A DNA stretch of 64,000 bases from the IMG/VR virus record IMGVR_UViG_3300010356_003454, positions 72,820-136,819 of that record. The stretch is one strand, 5' to 3'. Source of the stretch: a virus. Taxonomy: Duplodnaviria > Heunggongvirae > Uroviricota > Caudoviricetes. A program made the position numbers and the translations under genes. The notes below the pieces were generated by a model. That model was not told the DNA's origin. It saw only the letters and a list, made by a program, of their open reading frames with translations, and made no database searches. Positions 18,685 to 28,706 of the stretch are shown here, in pieces. Position 1 is the stretch's first letter. The number at the start of each line of letters is the position of its first letter.

Positions 18685-18951
18685 ATGAAAAAACATCCTG
18701 ACCTTTACCAGAATGATCGTTCGGTTACCAGCAGATTCCTAAATCTCTTGAAACCTGAATATCATAAGAAGACTCTTCCGGAGTTAAAAGAAATAGCTCT
18801 AAATATTCTTAATGATCCTACAACTCATGTTTCGGATCACAAAAGAAAGGAATATCTTCTTAATATTGAAAGAATGAGATCATTGACCCAGTTTCAATTC
18901 TATCTGGCTAATATCTCAATGAAGGGAAGTAACTTATCATTAAATGATTAA
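18685..18951 (+). CDS. hypothetical protein
   Basis: ATG at 18685 directly after the upstream stop. Confidence 0.3.
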   Translation: MKKHPDLYQNDRSVTSRFLNLLKPEYHKKTLPELKEIALNILNDPTTHVSDHKRKEYLLNIERMRSLTQFQFYLANISMKGSNLSLND

Positions 18952-19029
18952 GTGGCAGTATATGGCAGAAATTAACAAATCTTAACGTTGATTATCAATA
19001 TATTAATAAAATAAGTGGCAGTATATGGC
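18949..19029 (+). repeat. 19-bp perfect direct repeat (TAAGTGGCAGTATATGGCA) x2 flanking a 43-bp spacer
   Basis: Copies at 18949-18967 and 19011-19029. The second copy contains the ATG of the downstream gene. The spacer contains TCTTAACG and the near-palindrome ttgattatcaa. Confidence 0.6.
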
Positions 19030-19357
19030 AAGTTTAAGAAGAATTAGAGATGGCGAAGGAGAGGTTGGAGCCCGATCCGAAGCCATCGCCTGGACAGAAG
19101 AGGGAAAATTTAAGGAAGTAGTCGGCTCCCGCCCGACAGTGGGGTGCTCCATGCTTGTTGGATCTGTTACCGCAAGATCTTATGCCAATAGGGACTATTG
19201 GCTTACAACCCCAGTTCTTGAGATCCTTGAAGAAGAGGAAACAGATGAGTATTACTACTGTAAATTCAGGACGGAAAATAGCGATTATGAATTCTGGGCT
19301 GGCAATGTTCCGAAGGAAAAATTTGACTGGTGGAAAGATGATCCTGATGAAAAATAA
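19025..19357 (+). CDS. hypothetical protein
   Basis: The start codon lies inside the second direct-repeat copy. Confidence 0.35.
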   Translation: MASLRRIRDGEGEVGARSEAIAWTEEGKFKEVVGSRPTVGCSMLVGSVTARSYANRDYWLTTPVLEILEEEETDEYYYCKFRTENSDYEFWAGNVPKEKFDWWKDDPDEK

Positions 19358-19362
19358 CCGTT

Positions 19363-19401
19363 AAAATATTTTTTTATCTCGGAAAGATTTCTTAAATTAG
19401 C
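19363..19401 (+). promoter_or_regulatory. conserved intergenic module copy (AAAATATTTTTTTATCTCGGAAAGATTTCTTAAATTAGC)
   Basis: One of four near-identical 40-nt copies (the others are at 26154, 35754 and 50442). A CCGTTAAAA element lies just upstream. Confidence 0.35.
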
Positions 19402-19426
19402 TGTGTAAACTAAAAAAACACAGAGA

Positions 19427-19780
19427 ATGAAAAGATCATCTAGCACAAGAAACTCCTATTTTTGGGTATTTGCAGTCCTGATATTGGTTGCCCTAATATC
19501 TGGAGCAGCTTATCAGTATGGGACCGCAAGAGAGGTAGAGATCACCGTCCAGGATAAGGAGAGAATCGTAAAGGGCTCAGGCGATGGACTTGAGAGCTAT
19601 TATCTGATCTTTACCAAAGATGCTACTTACAAGAATGAGGATACTTTTCTGTATTTGAAATTCCGCTCTTCTGATCTCCAGGGAAAATTCCAGATTGGTC
19701 AGACCTATAAGGTTAAGGTATATGGATGGAGAATAGGCTTTTTCTCAACTTATCCGAATATCGTAAAAATCGTGAAATAA
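19427..19780 (+). CDS. membrane-anchored hypothetical protein
   Basis: N-terminal TM helix or signal anchor. Confidence 0.35.
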   Translation: MKRSSSTRNSYFWVFAVLILVALISGAAYQYGTAREVEITVQDKERIVKGSGDGLESYYLIFTKDATYKNEDTFLYLKFRSSDLQGKFQIGQTYKVKVYGWRIGFFSTYPNIVKIVK

Positions 19781-20490
19781 TGGAAGGATTTATCTATAAT
19801 ATCGCGCTGAAGATTGTTGAAAGCCGTAAGGCTAAACAGGAATCTCTGAAAGCTTCTGATGAGGAAGCAGAGAAAAAGAGAAGGGAGAATTGGAAAAGAC
19901 ATTCTGAACTTATTGCTAAATTCAGGAATCAATTTATAGCTGATCTGGAAGCAGATTACGCTAAAAAGAATAAACCCAAATTTGAGGTTGGGCAAAAGGT
20001 CCTAATGAATCCTTATTCACCTGGGGATCATTGGGAAGGCAGCGTCAGATCTCTTCTATCTCATACCCCATTTAGAGGCCCCGTAGAAGTAATTATTGAT
20101 TCTGCGGGTCTGGATTCAGGATGCCTTTATGAGGCAATTGATAATTTGAGAGAACGAGGTCATCTGGAAAAAATCCAATTCGGAATGGATTATGAAAAGT
20201 TTATAGATATCGTTCTGAATAAGATTTTTAGCGATAGCACCTATCAATGGGTTATGTATACTTACAGGTTCCATAAAAAAGGAGAGGAAGGAAAATATTG
20301 GTGCTATCCACTTCGAGAGGATAAGTTTGTAAGTCTCCATTCTAAAGAGGGAAAGGCCATTTTGAAGCTTGGAAAACTCGAAGCTCAGGTCGAAGAGAAA
20401 AAAGAGGCTGCAAAAAGAGCAAGAGAGGAATACGAATCTCTTCAAAAAGACTTTCACAAGAAAATAGGTATTACTTATACTATAGCATAA
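19780..20490 (+). CDS. hypothetical protein
   Basis: ATG at 19780 overlaps the upstream stop (TAATG). Confidence 0.4.
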   Translation: MEGFIYNIALKIVESRKAKQESLKASDEEAEKKRRENWKRHSELIAKFRNQFIADLEADYAKKNKPKFEVGQKVLMNPYSPGDHWEGSVRSLLSHTPFRGPVEVIIDSAGLDSGCLYEAIDNLRERGHLEKIQFGMDYEKFIDIVLNKIFSDSTYQWVMYTYRFHKKGEEGKYWCYPLREDKFVSLHSKEGKAILKLGKLEAQVEEKKEAAKRAREEYESLQKDFHKKIGITYTIA

Positions 20491-20687
20491 TGAAAATATT
20501 AGGTTCAACTTGGTTTACTCAAATGGGAGGCACTCTCATTGGGATTGTTAAGACCCAGAACGAGGTCGGAGAAATTAAGTATTATATTGGTAGCTGTTTT
20601 GGCGATTGTCAGGAAGAAGACGAAAAGAGTATTGCTGAAAGAGGAGCAAAATTTCCTGAAACTGCTGGTAAAATACTGATACCGTAA
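20490..20687 (+). CDS. hypothetical protein
   Basis: Small ORF. Confidence 0.3.
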   Translation: MKILGSTWFTQMGGTLIGIVKTQNEVGEIKYYIGSCFGDCQEEDEKSIAERGAKFPETAGKILIP

Positions 20688-20729
20688 TCTACGAAACTTA
20701 CCGGGATATATAAATAAATTCCAATAAGT

Positions 20730-21332
20730 ATGATTATTTATAAAACTATCAATTTAATAAACGGAAAAATTTATGTGGGTCAGGATTCGAATAATAATCC
20801 TGATTATTTGGGCTCGGGATTATTATTAGAGAAGGCTTTTGAAAAATACGGAAAGGAAAATTTTAAAAAAGAAATTTTGGAAGAATGTTTTTCTAAGGAA
20901 GAATTAAATATAAGGGAAATATTTTGGATTAAAGAGCTAAATTCTAATAATAAAGATATCGGATACAATATAGCCAAAGGCGGATTGGGGGGAGATACAA
21001 TATCTAATAATCTTAAGAATAGGGAATTTAGAAAATTTTTATCAGACAGAAATAAAAAATTATATCAAGATAAATCAAATCATCCTATGTTTGGCAAATC
21101 ACAATCAAAAGAATCTAATGATAAAAGAAGAAATTCTTTATTGGGGATAAAAAGAAGCCAGATAACTAAGGATAAGCAATCAAAATCCGCGACCGGGAAA
21201 AATAATTCGGCTTTTGGAAAAAAATGGATTCATAATAAAGAATTAAAAATTCAGAAGCTGGTCCCAAAAGATGAATATAAAAGAATCATAAAAAATGCCG
21301 GCTGGATTTCAGGAATGCTTAAAAAGGGATAA
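20730..21332 (+). CDS. GIY-YIG homing endonuclease
   Basis: MIIYKTINLINGKIYVGQ (GIY-YIG). Basic C-terminal DNA-binding region with NUMOD-like repeats. Confidence 0.65.
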   Translation: MIIYKTINLINGKIYVGQDSNNNPDYLGSGLLLEKAFEKYGKENFKKEILEECFSKEELNIREIFWIKELNSNNKDIGYNIAKGGLGGDTISNNLKNREFRKFLSDRNKKLYQDKSNHPMFGKSQSKESNDKRRNSLLGIKRSQITKDKQSKSATGKNNSAFGKKWIHNKELKIQKLVPKDEYKRIIKNAGWISGMLKKG

Positions 21333-21334
21333 CC

Positions 21335-21799
21335 ATGATCAGAGATTACATAATTAAGATGTTTAAAAAGTCTTTTGAAAAAGAATATTACGAGACTTAT
21401 TGGGCTTTTGATCTTCATGGGACGATAATAAAACCAACCTATGACGAAACCATTAGAGTAGAATATTATCCATTTGCAAAGGAGTGTCTTCAGATCTTAA
21501 CGGAGAGAAAGGACATTATCATGATTCTCTGGACCTCATCATATCCGCAAGAGATAATTGATTATATCTATCTCATGGAAAAGGATGGGATAAAATTTGA
21601 TGATGTAAATAAGAATCCCGATATAAGTTCTAAAAATGGGAATTTTGGATATTATCAGGATAAGTTTTATTTTAATGTTCTTTTTGAGGATAAGGCGGGG
21701 TTTAACCCTGAGACCGAATGGGAAATGATTTATGAGTATTTGATTGATTGTGAAAATGCAGGATATCTCCCAAATTCCGAATGGACAACTAAATATTAA
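21335..21799 (+). CDS. hypothetical protein (weak HAD-like DxxGT motif)
   Basis: AFDLHGTII resembles HAD motif I. No other support. Confidence 0.3.
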   Translation: MIRDYIIKMFKKSFEKEYYETYWAFDLHGTIIKPTYDETIRVEYYPFAKECLQILTERKDIIMILWTSSYPQEIIDYIYLMEKDGIKFDDVNKNPDISSKNGNFGYYQDKFYFNVLFEDKAGFNPETEWEMIYEYLIDCENAGYLPNSEWTTKY

Positions 21800-21803
21800 A
21801 GAT

Positions 21804-22004
21804 ATGGAAGAGCAGATTAAAAAAATTGATCATTATGTCAGACTTCTTAATGATGCTATGGGCATAAGGATTTCAGTTCAGATCAAAGGCTCTCTTGGAG
21901 TAATTATGGAAGATGAGAGGGTTATCTTTACCACGTCGGCGATACAGCCTACCGGTATAATTGAGGCGTATTTAATGGGATTTGTTACAGCTTTAACACG
22001 ATAA
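21804..22004 (+). CDS. hypothetical protein
   Basis: ATG at 21804 just after the upstream stop. Confidence 0.25.
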   Translation: MEEQIKKIDHYVRLLNDAMGIRISVQIKGSLGVIMEDERVIFTTSAIQPTGIIEAYLMGFVTALTR

Positions 22005-22006
22005 AA

Positions 22007-22330
22007 ATGAAAAGTTACATTCATGAATTTCGCAAATGGGGACCAGTTTCTCGCTGCATCGTTCATATTAAAGAAGTAGGCGATTCTACTTGGATCGGAT
22101 TCGAAAACAGGAGGGATGGAACCTCGGTTACAAATGCTTCAGAAGATCTGGCTACGGGGATTGTTGCCAAAGAAGGCCTGGATCCAGCGAAATGCAGATT
22201 CTTCGAATTTTATCCAGAGTACGAAGGAGATGTAGATGAAATCACATATACCTGGGATTCAGAAGGAAAGGCAAGAAATCCCCAATGGAGACCATTTGTA
22301 AAAGCAGAAAATAATCCCTTTCTTGGATAA
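22007..22330 (+). CDS. hypothetical protein
   Basis: ORF. Confidence 0.35.
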   Translation: MKSYIHEFRKWGPVSRCIVHIKEVGDSTWIGFENRRDGTSVTNASEDLATGIVAKEGLDPAKCRFFEFYPEYEGDVDEITYTWDSEGKARNPQWRPFVKAENNPFLG

Positions 22331-22866
22331 TGGATTTTACGAGGGGCATAGAAGTTAAGCAGGCTATTGGAATAGGAAATCCAGATCGATTAGCTTTTAT
22401 AAAGGCATTTAATTCAGATCAATATACCGATCTTGCAGCTCTCCCGATAAACCATATTATTGATGGCGTAGGGATAGGTCTTATAACTATTGATGAGATA
22501 AAGATTTTTTTGGATAAGTTTGTTGAAAAATTTGATACTAATTCTAATTATCATAAGACCAGATGGGTTTTGGATGAATTTTTCAATACTTTTAATGTTA
22601 GTATAAGTGTTGAAAAACGTATCCCAAAAATTAAGATAAAATTTCAATTAGCTGAAAATAAATTTATTAGCTATAGGATGTGGAAAGAAGGCGATGAATA
22701 TTATGTAAGGGGTATTGGAACCTATTATTCTCCTAACTTTGATTCTAACCGGCCATTATTCAGATGTCCTGTGAACCAATCTTTTTTTGCAGGGATTCCC
22801 CCAATAACAATAATGTTTAGGGATATGGATAGAATAGTTAAAGATCTTATGTCATATAATAGGTGA
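22330..22866 (+). CDS. FERG-leader family protein (leader MDFTRGIEVKQAIGIGN, no MRAK)
   Basis: Truncated form of the leader. Confidence 0.45.
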   Translation: MDFTRGIEVKQAIGIGNPDRLAFIKAFNSDQYTDLAALPINHIIDGVGIGLITIDEIKIFLDKFVEKFDTNSNYHKTRWVLDEFFNTFNVSISVEKRIPKIKIKFQLAENKFISYRMWKEGDEYYVRGIGTYYSPNFDSNRPLFRCPVNQSFFAGIPPITIMFRDMDRIVKDLMSYNR

Positions 22867-22896
22867 AATTTTGAATAAATAGAATAAAAAGTAATC

Positions 22897-23448
22897 ATGA
22901 AGAAAAAGTGGGTGTGGATCATTATTGCAGCTATTATAGTCCTTGTAGGATTTATAATTTTTATAAATGTTCGTCAGAAAAAACTTGATGCTAGGCCTTT
23001 CAATGTCTATGAATATCCCGAGACAATAAAGATTATTAATGGAACAGAATTTTCTAAAGCAGATACTATAATATTATCTCTAGCTCACCAAGTTTTTAAA
23101 TTCGATTCTGTTCAAATTCTTTTATACTATATTCCAGATCATTTGAATTCAGGAGAAATGGAATTTTATGGTATAGTTCAGCAGACTCCTTTTGATAAGA
23201 ATAAATTTCTGATATTGGTCAATAGAAAATTAGATCTTACAGATCTTTTTACGACTCTTTCTCATGAATTTGTTCATATCGATCAGTATAAGAGAGGAGA
23301 CCTAGAAATTATAGGAAAATATGCTGTTTGGCAAGGAGACACTTTAGATATGACACAGGTTAAATATGAGACTAGACCATTTGAAAAAGAGGCGTTTGGA
23401 AACCAGAGAGTTATTGCTAAAGAAGTAAAAGAATTCCTATATGAATGA
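22897..23448 (+). CDS. membrane-anchored HExxH metallopeptidase-like protein
   Basis: N-terminal TM helix. HEFVH motif. Confidence 0.4.
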   Translation: MKKKWVWIIIAAIIVLVGFIIFINVRQKKLDARPFNVYEYPETIKIINGTEFSKADTIILSLAHQVFKFDSVQILLYYIPDHLNSGEMEFYGIVQQTPFDKNKFLILVNRKLDLTDLFTTLSHEFVHIDQYKRGDLEIIGKYAVWQGDTLDMTQVKYETRPFEKEAFGNQRVIAKEVKEFLYE

Positions 23449-23966
23449 GAGCTAAAACTGTAAATTTCCAGAGGGGATTAGATCCGAAGGAGGCCTTGGA
23501 AATAGGTAATGAAAATCTAAGGCAATTCCATAAAGATATGGATAATGGAAATTTTTTGGCTCCTCTTCATATTTTGATGGATGGGCTGGAAAGAGGATAT
23601 ATCTCGGATAAAGAAGCTGATGAGTTTATAATTGGAGCAGTCAGAACTAGTGCTCCCAGATATTGGGAATGGACTAAATGGTTTGAGGATACAAGAAATA
23701 TCTATTGGTCTGAATTTAATGAGTCTCTAAATATTAATTTTACGCTTCCCGATTTTAAGAGGATTAAAACATGGATAGGTAAAATAACAGAACATGATGG
23801 AGGTTATTGGTTTAAGATGAGAACTTCTTCCACTGATAAAAATGGAAATGGATATGGCATAGAGACGGAAAATGTTTTTTCGGATGATGATTATGCTTTT
23901 ACATCTAAATTTATCTTGAATCAAATTAATAGAGTATTTACAGAAACAGTTAGAAATATAGATTAA
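23445..23966 (+). CDS. MRAK/FERG-leader family protein
   Basis: Leader MRAKTVNFQRGLDPKEALEIGN. Confidence 0.55.
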   Translation: MRAKTVNFQRGLDPKEALEIGNENLRQFHKDMDNGNFLAPLHILMDGLERGYISDKEADEFIIGAVRTSAPRYWEWTKWFEDTRNIYWSEFNESLNINFTLPDFKRIKTWIGKITEHDGGYWFKMRTSSTDKNGNGYGIETENVFSDDDYAFTSKFILNQINRVFTETVRNID

Positions 23967-25183
23967 TGACTTTACCTAAACAATTAAATGATATTCTTGA
24001 TTTTCTTAGAGGACAAGACTGGATTCAGTCTCTGAATTCTATAGGGGATACTTATATGGTCGGAGGCTGTGTGAGGGATGCTTTCCGTGGCCAGAAGATT
24101 AAGGATATAGACCTTATTGTTGAAGGAACTACAATGGATCAGATCTTAGACGAATTGAGGCCTTATGGTAGAGTCGATCAGGTGGGCGAATCTTTTGCTG
24201 TAATTAAGTTTAGGCCTAAAGGTCATATTGGAGAAGATTATGATATTGCAGTTCCTAGAGTTGATAGAAAAATAGGATCTGGCCATAAGGGATTTGTTGT
24301 AGAGACTAAAGGAGTTAATCTTGTGGATGATTTGGAGAGAAGGGACTTTACCATAAATGCTATTGCCGTTAAAGTGGATAATGGAAGATTGGTAGATCCT
24401 TATTCTGGATTGGCGGATCTGAAAGCTGGAGTTCTTCGTGCGGTAGATGATATAGCATTTATTGAGGATCCTCTTAGAATTCTTAGAGGTATACAATTTG
24501 CGGCTCGCTTCGGATATAGGATCACGAATGGAACTATGAAATTAATGAGGGAAAATGCTCATTTAATTAAAGAGATTTCAGGAGAGAGAATATTTGAGGA
24601 ACTTATGAAGGTTCTGGATAAAGGAGGAGATACTCAGCTTGCTCTAGATCTTCTTCATCAGACTGATGTGGATGTAGCTCTATTTGATAAGAAGATGCTT
24701 AAATATGATCAGGGCTTTGAACATCTAGATCCCGCCTCTTTCTTCTATGTCTTGGGGCTCTTGGGAGATGTTAATCCTGCCGATTTCCTTAAAAAGAGGC
24801 TTAGGGGCGATAATAGACTTGAGAAGAATGTAAGAGTTCTCGATCGTATTTTTGAGATGCTTCCTCGAATGGTAGAGGACGAGGATCTAAAATACATGCT
24901 CTCTAAGGCCTTTACCGCTGCTCCTGAAGTTATGGATGCTGTAATTCTTCCTGATGAAGTCGATGAAATCGTTCTCCAGATGAGGACAATGAAAATTCCG
25001 ATGAACGAAGGAGATATAAAAATCGGAGGGGAGGATATTAAGAGAATAGGCCAGCTAAAAGAAGGACCTGAAATAGGATTCATCAAGGAGAAAATATTGA
25101 GGGATGCTCTAATGAATAGGTTTAATTGGAAAGACCGGGATAAGAGTTTAGAATATTTGCAGAATCTACTATATTCGAAATGA
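23966..25183 (+). CDS. cca: tRNA nucleotidyltransferase (CCA-adding enzyme) / poly(A) polymerase head-domain protein
   Basis: GGCVRDAFRGQKIKDIDLIVEG is the Pol-beta-like NTase head motif of CCA enzymes. Length 405 aa. Confidence 0.7.
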   Translation: MTLPKQLNDILDFLRGQDWIQSLNSIGDTYMVGGCVRDAFRGQKIKDIDLIVEGTTMDQILDELRPYGRVDQVGESFAVIKFRPKGHIGEDYDIAVPRVDRKIGSGHKGFVVETKGVNLVDDLERRDFTINAIAVKVDNGRLVDPYSGLADLKAGVLRAVDDIAFIEDPLRILRGIQFAARFGYRITNGTMKLMRENAHLIKEISGERIFEELMKVLDKGGDTQLALDLLHQTDVDVALFDKKMLKYDQGFEHLDPASFFYVLGLLGDVNPADFLKKRLRGDNRLEKNVRVLDRIFEMLPRMVEDEDLKYMLSKAFTAAPEVMDAVILPDEVDEIVLQMRTMKIPMNEGDIKIGGEDIKRIGQLKEGPEIGFIKEKILRDALMNRFNWKDRDKSLEYLQNLLYSK

Positions 25184-25614
25184 AATCTCTAATTCATAAT
25201 CTGGATAGGAAAAAGGTATTATTGATCCTTGAATGGTGTAAGAAGAACTTTGGGAGATCAAGATATCATCGAAAGTATCCAACATTGAGGGTCTATAAAT
25301 CTAAGGGAAATTCAGCCTTTGCTTATAGAGATGGAGGACTATTTGGAACTTATGATCACGGAGTAATTACAATTTATCTAGGCTCTCATGATAGTATGCG
25401 GGAACTATGTAAAACAGTAATACATGAATACAGGCATTATCTGATGAGCATTCGGGAATATAATTCTCTCTATAAAAAAATGGAAAGAGAAGGTTCTGAT
25501 CCTGAAGAGATATCTTATGAGCACCCTCATGAAAAAGATTGCGAGGATTTCGAGGATAAGTGGGGTGAATTATGTTTTAGTCAATTGAGAAAGAAACTCT
25601 ATAAAAAAGACTGA
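25180..25614 (+). CDS. HExxH metallohydrolase-like protein
   Basis: VIHEYRHYL motif. Resembles the C-terminal half of the 22897 protein. Confidence 0.35.
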   Translation: MKSLIHNLDRKKVLLILEWCKKNFGRSRYHRKYPTLRVYKSKGNSAFAYRDGGLFGTYDHGVITIYLGSHDSMRELCKTVIHEYRHYLMSIREYNSLYKKMEREGSDPEEISYEHPHEKDCEDFEDKWGELCFSQLRKKLYKKD

Positions 25615-25615
25615 T

Positions 25616-26134
25616 ATGAAAAGAATCCTTTTCTTTTTATTACTTATATTTATACCCTTAATAGCTCCAACTGGGTATTTAGAAATGACAGAGGAGAGGC
25701 TATTTGAAGCTGAAAAGATGGCATATTATATCTCTATTAGAGACCTTCCGTTTTCTCCGGATCTACTTGTTAAAGTTATAGAATATGAGAAGATTCTATA
25801 TCCAGATGTTGTTATTCTTCAGTCTCAACTTGAAACCGGATTTTATACTTCCGATATATTTAACAACGGAAAGAATCTCTTTGGCATGAAATTTCCTAAA
25901 TATAGGCCTACAGTTGCAATAGGAACTTATTCCGGGCATGCTCAATATGATCATTGGATAGAATCAGTCAGAGATTATAAGATATGGCAGGACTGGTATA
26001 TTACTAAAGGTTGGAGAATTTCAGTTAAAGAGGATAATTCTTTTTACATGGTCTTTCTTGATTGCATAAAATATGCGGAAGATCCCCACTATATCCCTAA
26101 ATTGATAAATCTCGCTTCTAGAGATAGGACGTAA
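25616..26134 (+). CDS. glucosaminidase-domain peptidoglycan hydrolase (endolysin candidate) with N-terminal signal anchor
   Basis: LQSQLETGFYTS...NNGKNLFGMK matches the ESGWG...NNLFGIK signature of mannosyl-glycoprotein endo-beta-N-acetylglucosaminidase. Hydrophobic N-terminus. Confidence 0.5.
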   Translation: MKRILFFLLLIFIPLIAPTGYLEMTEERLFEAEKMAYYISIRDLPFSPDLLVKVIEYEKILYPDVVILQSQLETGFYTSDIFNNGKNLFGMKFPKYRPTVAIGTYSGHAQYDHWIESVRDYKIWQDWYITKGWRISVKEDNSFYMVFLDCIKYAEDPHYIPKLINLASRDRT

Positions 26135-26153
26135 ATCTTAACGATTTTTTAAC

Positions 26154-26193
26154 AAAATTATTTTTTTATCTCGGAAATTATTCTTACATTAGC
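26154..26193 (+). promoter_or_regulatory. conserved intergenic module copy
   Basis: AAAATTATTTTTTTATCTCGGAAATTATTCTTACATTAGCC, preceded by CTTAACGATTTTTTAAC. Confidence 0.35.
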
Positions 26194-26212
26194 CTCTATA
26201 AAAGAATAGAGT

Positions 26213-26491
26213 ATGCTTGACATAGAAGCTTTTGATAAAATTCCAGCCGGATCCACTTTTGCAACAGGAGTTCTTCCTAATTCTCCAACAGGCATTTTTA
26301 TGACTAGGGACGGAGGAGATCTTCGTTGGGTAGCTGTAAAGGGATATGCTCATGATTGGGCAGTCTATTGTCATTGGGCTTATCACTCAGAAGACTTTGT
26401 AGCTTCTAGCGGAGATAAGGTACTTACTCCTGAATATGTTAAGAGGTGTGTTCCTTGCACAGAAGAAGTAATGGAAAGATATAGAATATGA
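26213..26491 (+). CDS. hypothetical protein
   Basis: ORF downstream of a module copy. Confidence 0.3.
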   Translation: MLDIEAFDKIPAGSTFATGVLPNSPTGIFMTRDGGDLRWVAVKGYAHDWAVYCHWAYHSEDFVASSGDKVLTPEYVKRCVPCTEEVMERYRI

Positions 26492-26778
26492 AAGTATATA
26501 GGATCCTTCATAAACCAACAGGTCTTTTTTTCACGCCTTCAAGGGGGTATGGGAATCTTTCTCGAACAGGAAAGCTCTATCCTAAAAAGCCCAGATTAGA
26601 ATGGGCTGGTGATTGTGTTCGAATCGAATTACGGATCTGGAGCAATAAAAAGCCTAACAAGCATCAACAGAAGATCATTGATTATTTTGGTCTTCAACCT
26701 GATAAGGATGGAGGATATTGGTTGGATAGGTATTTTCATAATCAGAAAGATAATTGGGAAATAATTGAAATAGAATAA
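26488..26778 (+). CDS. hypothetical protein
   Basis: ORF. 4-nt overlap with the upstream gene. Confidence 0.3.
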   Translation: MKVYRILHKPTGLFFTPSRGYGNLSRTGKLYPKKPRLEWAGDCVRIELRIWSNKKPNKHQQKIIDYFGLQPDKDGGYWLDRYFHNQKDNWEIIEIE

Positions 26779-26965
26779 ATTTATGAAAATATTTTTAAAT
26801 AGGTTAGCAGCTTTTTTTGTTTTACTTATTTTTGGCTATTTACTATTATCTTTATTTAACTGGAATATTGATTATTTTAACTGGAATGGGATATCTCAGT
26901 TTATATTTTGTTGCACGCTAGCTTTTTTATTATTATTTAGACCAGAATTTTCAAAAAAATAAATT

Positions 26966-27307
26966 ATGTCAGACATTACAAGAAGATTAGCAACAATTGA
27001 GAGGATATCAGCTATTAATCCTATACCGGATGCTGATGCAATTGAAAGGGCAACCATTCGAGGATGGAACGTAGTGGTTAAGAAGGGCGATCATAAAGTA
27101 GGAGATTTGGTTGTCTACTGCGAGATAGATTCTCTTATGCCCGAAAGGCCGGAATTCGAATTCCTTCGCCCGCGTGGGTTTAGAATAAAGACAATCAAAC
27201 TCAGAGGAACTTATAGTCAAGGTATAATTTTTTCATTAAATATTCTAAATTCGTCGGGAAATTTAATTGAAAAGGATGGAAAATTTTATCTGGAAATAGA
27301 TATATAA
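26966..27307 (+). CDS. hypothetical protein
   Basis: ORF. Confidence 0.3.
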   Translation: MSDITRRLATIERISAINPIPDADAIERATIRGWNVVVKKGDHKVGDLVVYCEIDSLMPERPEFEFLRPRGFRIKTIKLRGTYSQGIIFSLNILNSSGNLIEKDGKFYLEIDI

Positions 27308-27324
27308 ATTAAAACTATATATTT

Positions 27325-28164
27325 ATGGAGATAGGTTATATTTATGCGATAATTAATAAAAGGAATGGTAAATTTTATTTTGGCAAAACCTTTGATATTC
27401 AAAAAAGGTGGAAAAAACATGTTTTTAATGCTACTAAAAAAATAAATCGAAAACTTTATGATTCTATGAATTCATATGGTTATGATTATTTTTCTATTCA
27501 TCAAATTGGAATATACAAAGCAGAAAATAAAAATGAATTAACTAAGATACTAAATGAAAGGGAAAGATACTTTATAAATTTTTCTGATTCTGTTTTACTT
27601 GGCTATAATATGGCTCCTGGCGGGGATGGCGGATATTTAGGGGAGGAAGCTATACAAAAGATATCAAATAAAAAGAAGGGAATAAATTTAACAGAGGAAC
27701 ATAAAAAACATATTTCAGAAGGGAATAAAGGGATTTCAAAAATAGTATCGGAAAAAACAAAGAACAGGATTAGAAAAACTTGTAAAGAAAAAGGAATAAA
27801 ACCGCCGGCACAATATTGGGGAAGACCCGGATATAATGAACATCCGATGCTAAATAAGCATCATACAGAAGAAGCCAGAAATCTGATGAGTCAATATAGA
27901 TCCGGGAAATCCTATGAAGAAATTTACGGAAAAGAAAAAGCAAAGAAATTGAGGTTGGAAAAATCAAAAAGATGGATGGGAAATAAAATAAACTTTAAGG
28001 AAGTAGATTTAGAATTAGCAGAAAATCTTCTTCAGAAAGGAAAAAATTATAAAGAAGTCGCAAAATTTTTAGGAATTAGTTTAACAACATTTAATTATAA
28101 ATTTCGAGAAAAACATAACATAACACCGTATCAATATAGTTTAAATTTAAAAATAATGTCATGA
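27325..28164 (+). CDS. GIY-YIG homing endonuclease
   Basis: MEIGYIYAIINKRNGKFYFGKT (canonical GIY-YIG). NUMOD3-like LTEEHKKHIS. C-terminal HTH-like region. Confidence 0.75.
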   Translation: MEIGYIYAIINKRNGKFYFGKTFDIQKRWKKHVFNATKKINRKLYDSMNSYGYDYFSIHQIGIYKAENKNELTKILNERERYFINFSDSVLLGYNMAPGGDGGYLGEEAIQKISNKKKGINLTEEHKKHISEGNKGISKIVSEKTKNRIRKTCKEKGIKPPAQYWGRPGYNEHPMLNKHHTEEARNLMSQYRSGKSYEEIYGKEKAKKLRLEKSKRWMGNKINFKEVDLELAENLLQKGKNYKEVAKFLGISLTTFNYKFREKHNITPYQYSLNLKIMS

Positions 28165-28706
28165 AAAAATTATCCGCTATTTTTGTTTTTTTATTGTTTG
28201 CTTTTCTGAGCTTTGGCCAAATTCCATTATCTATTAACAATATAGATGAATTCAATGGATCTGTTAATAAAGTCACCAGAAGCTCATACTCTGTATTTAA
28301 AAGTGAAAATTCCATCGGAAATATAAGTTTATCTATGGGAAGGGTAGATAGCACATATTTTCTAATATTAAGAGTATCTACAGATCTTGGATGCCTATCT
28401 CAATATGACGGAAAATGTATGATAAAATTTTCGGATGGAACTATACTTAATTTTGCCCAGGGATCGGAAACAGATTGTTCGGAGTCCCCTGCAGCTCAAT
28501 ACTATTTAGTTGCTCGAGAAGAAATGAATCTGGAAAATGTTTTTCAAATAATGAAAATAAACCGAGAAAAAATAGAGTCTTCTTCTATTGATAAAATTCG
28601 GGTTTATGGATCAAAATATTATGCAGATTATATTCCAAATCCAAAATTTAGAGAGGATTTTAATGCAAAAGATGTTCTTATTTTTCACATTAAATCTTTA
28701 AAATAA
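28161..28706 (+). CDS. secreted hypothetical protein
   Basis: N-terminal signal peptide. Confidence 0.35.
   Translation: MKKLSAIFVFLLFAFLSFGQIPLSINNIDEFNGSVNKVTRSSYSVFKSENSIGNISLSMGRVDSTYFLILRVSTDLGCLSQYDGKCMIKFSDGTILNFAQGSETDCSESPAAQYYLVAREEMNLENVFQIMKINREKIESSSIDKIRVYGSKYYADYIPNPKFREDFNAKDVLIFHIKSLK

Noticed and set aside
35-24496. Numerous 60-130-aa minus-strand ORFs (e.g. 35-334, 2691-3008, 9341-9727, 20116-20508, 24146-24496)
   Set aside because: All overlap well-supported + strand genes. They are I/L/F/S-rich as expected for antisense of AT-rich coding sequence, and none has a recognisable motif. Only the minus-strand GIY-YIG gene at 13133-13819 is convincing.
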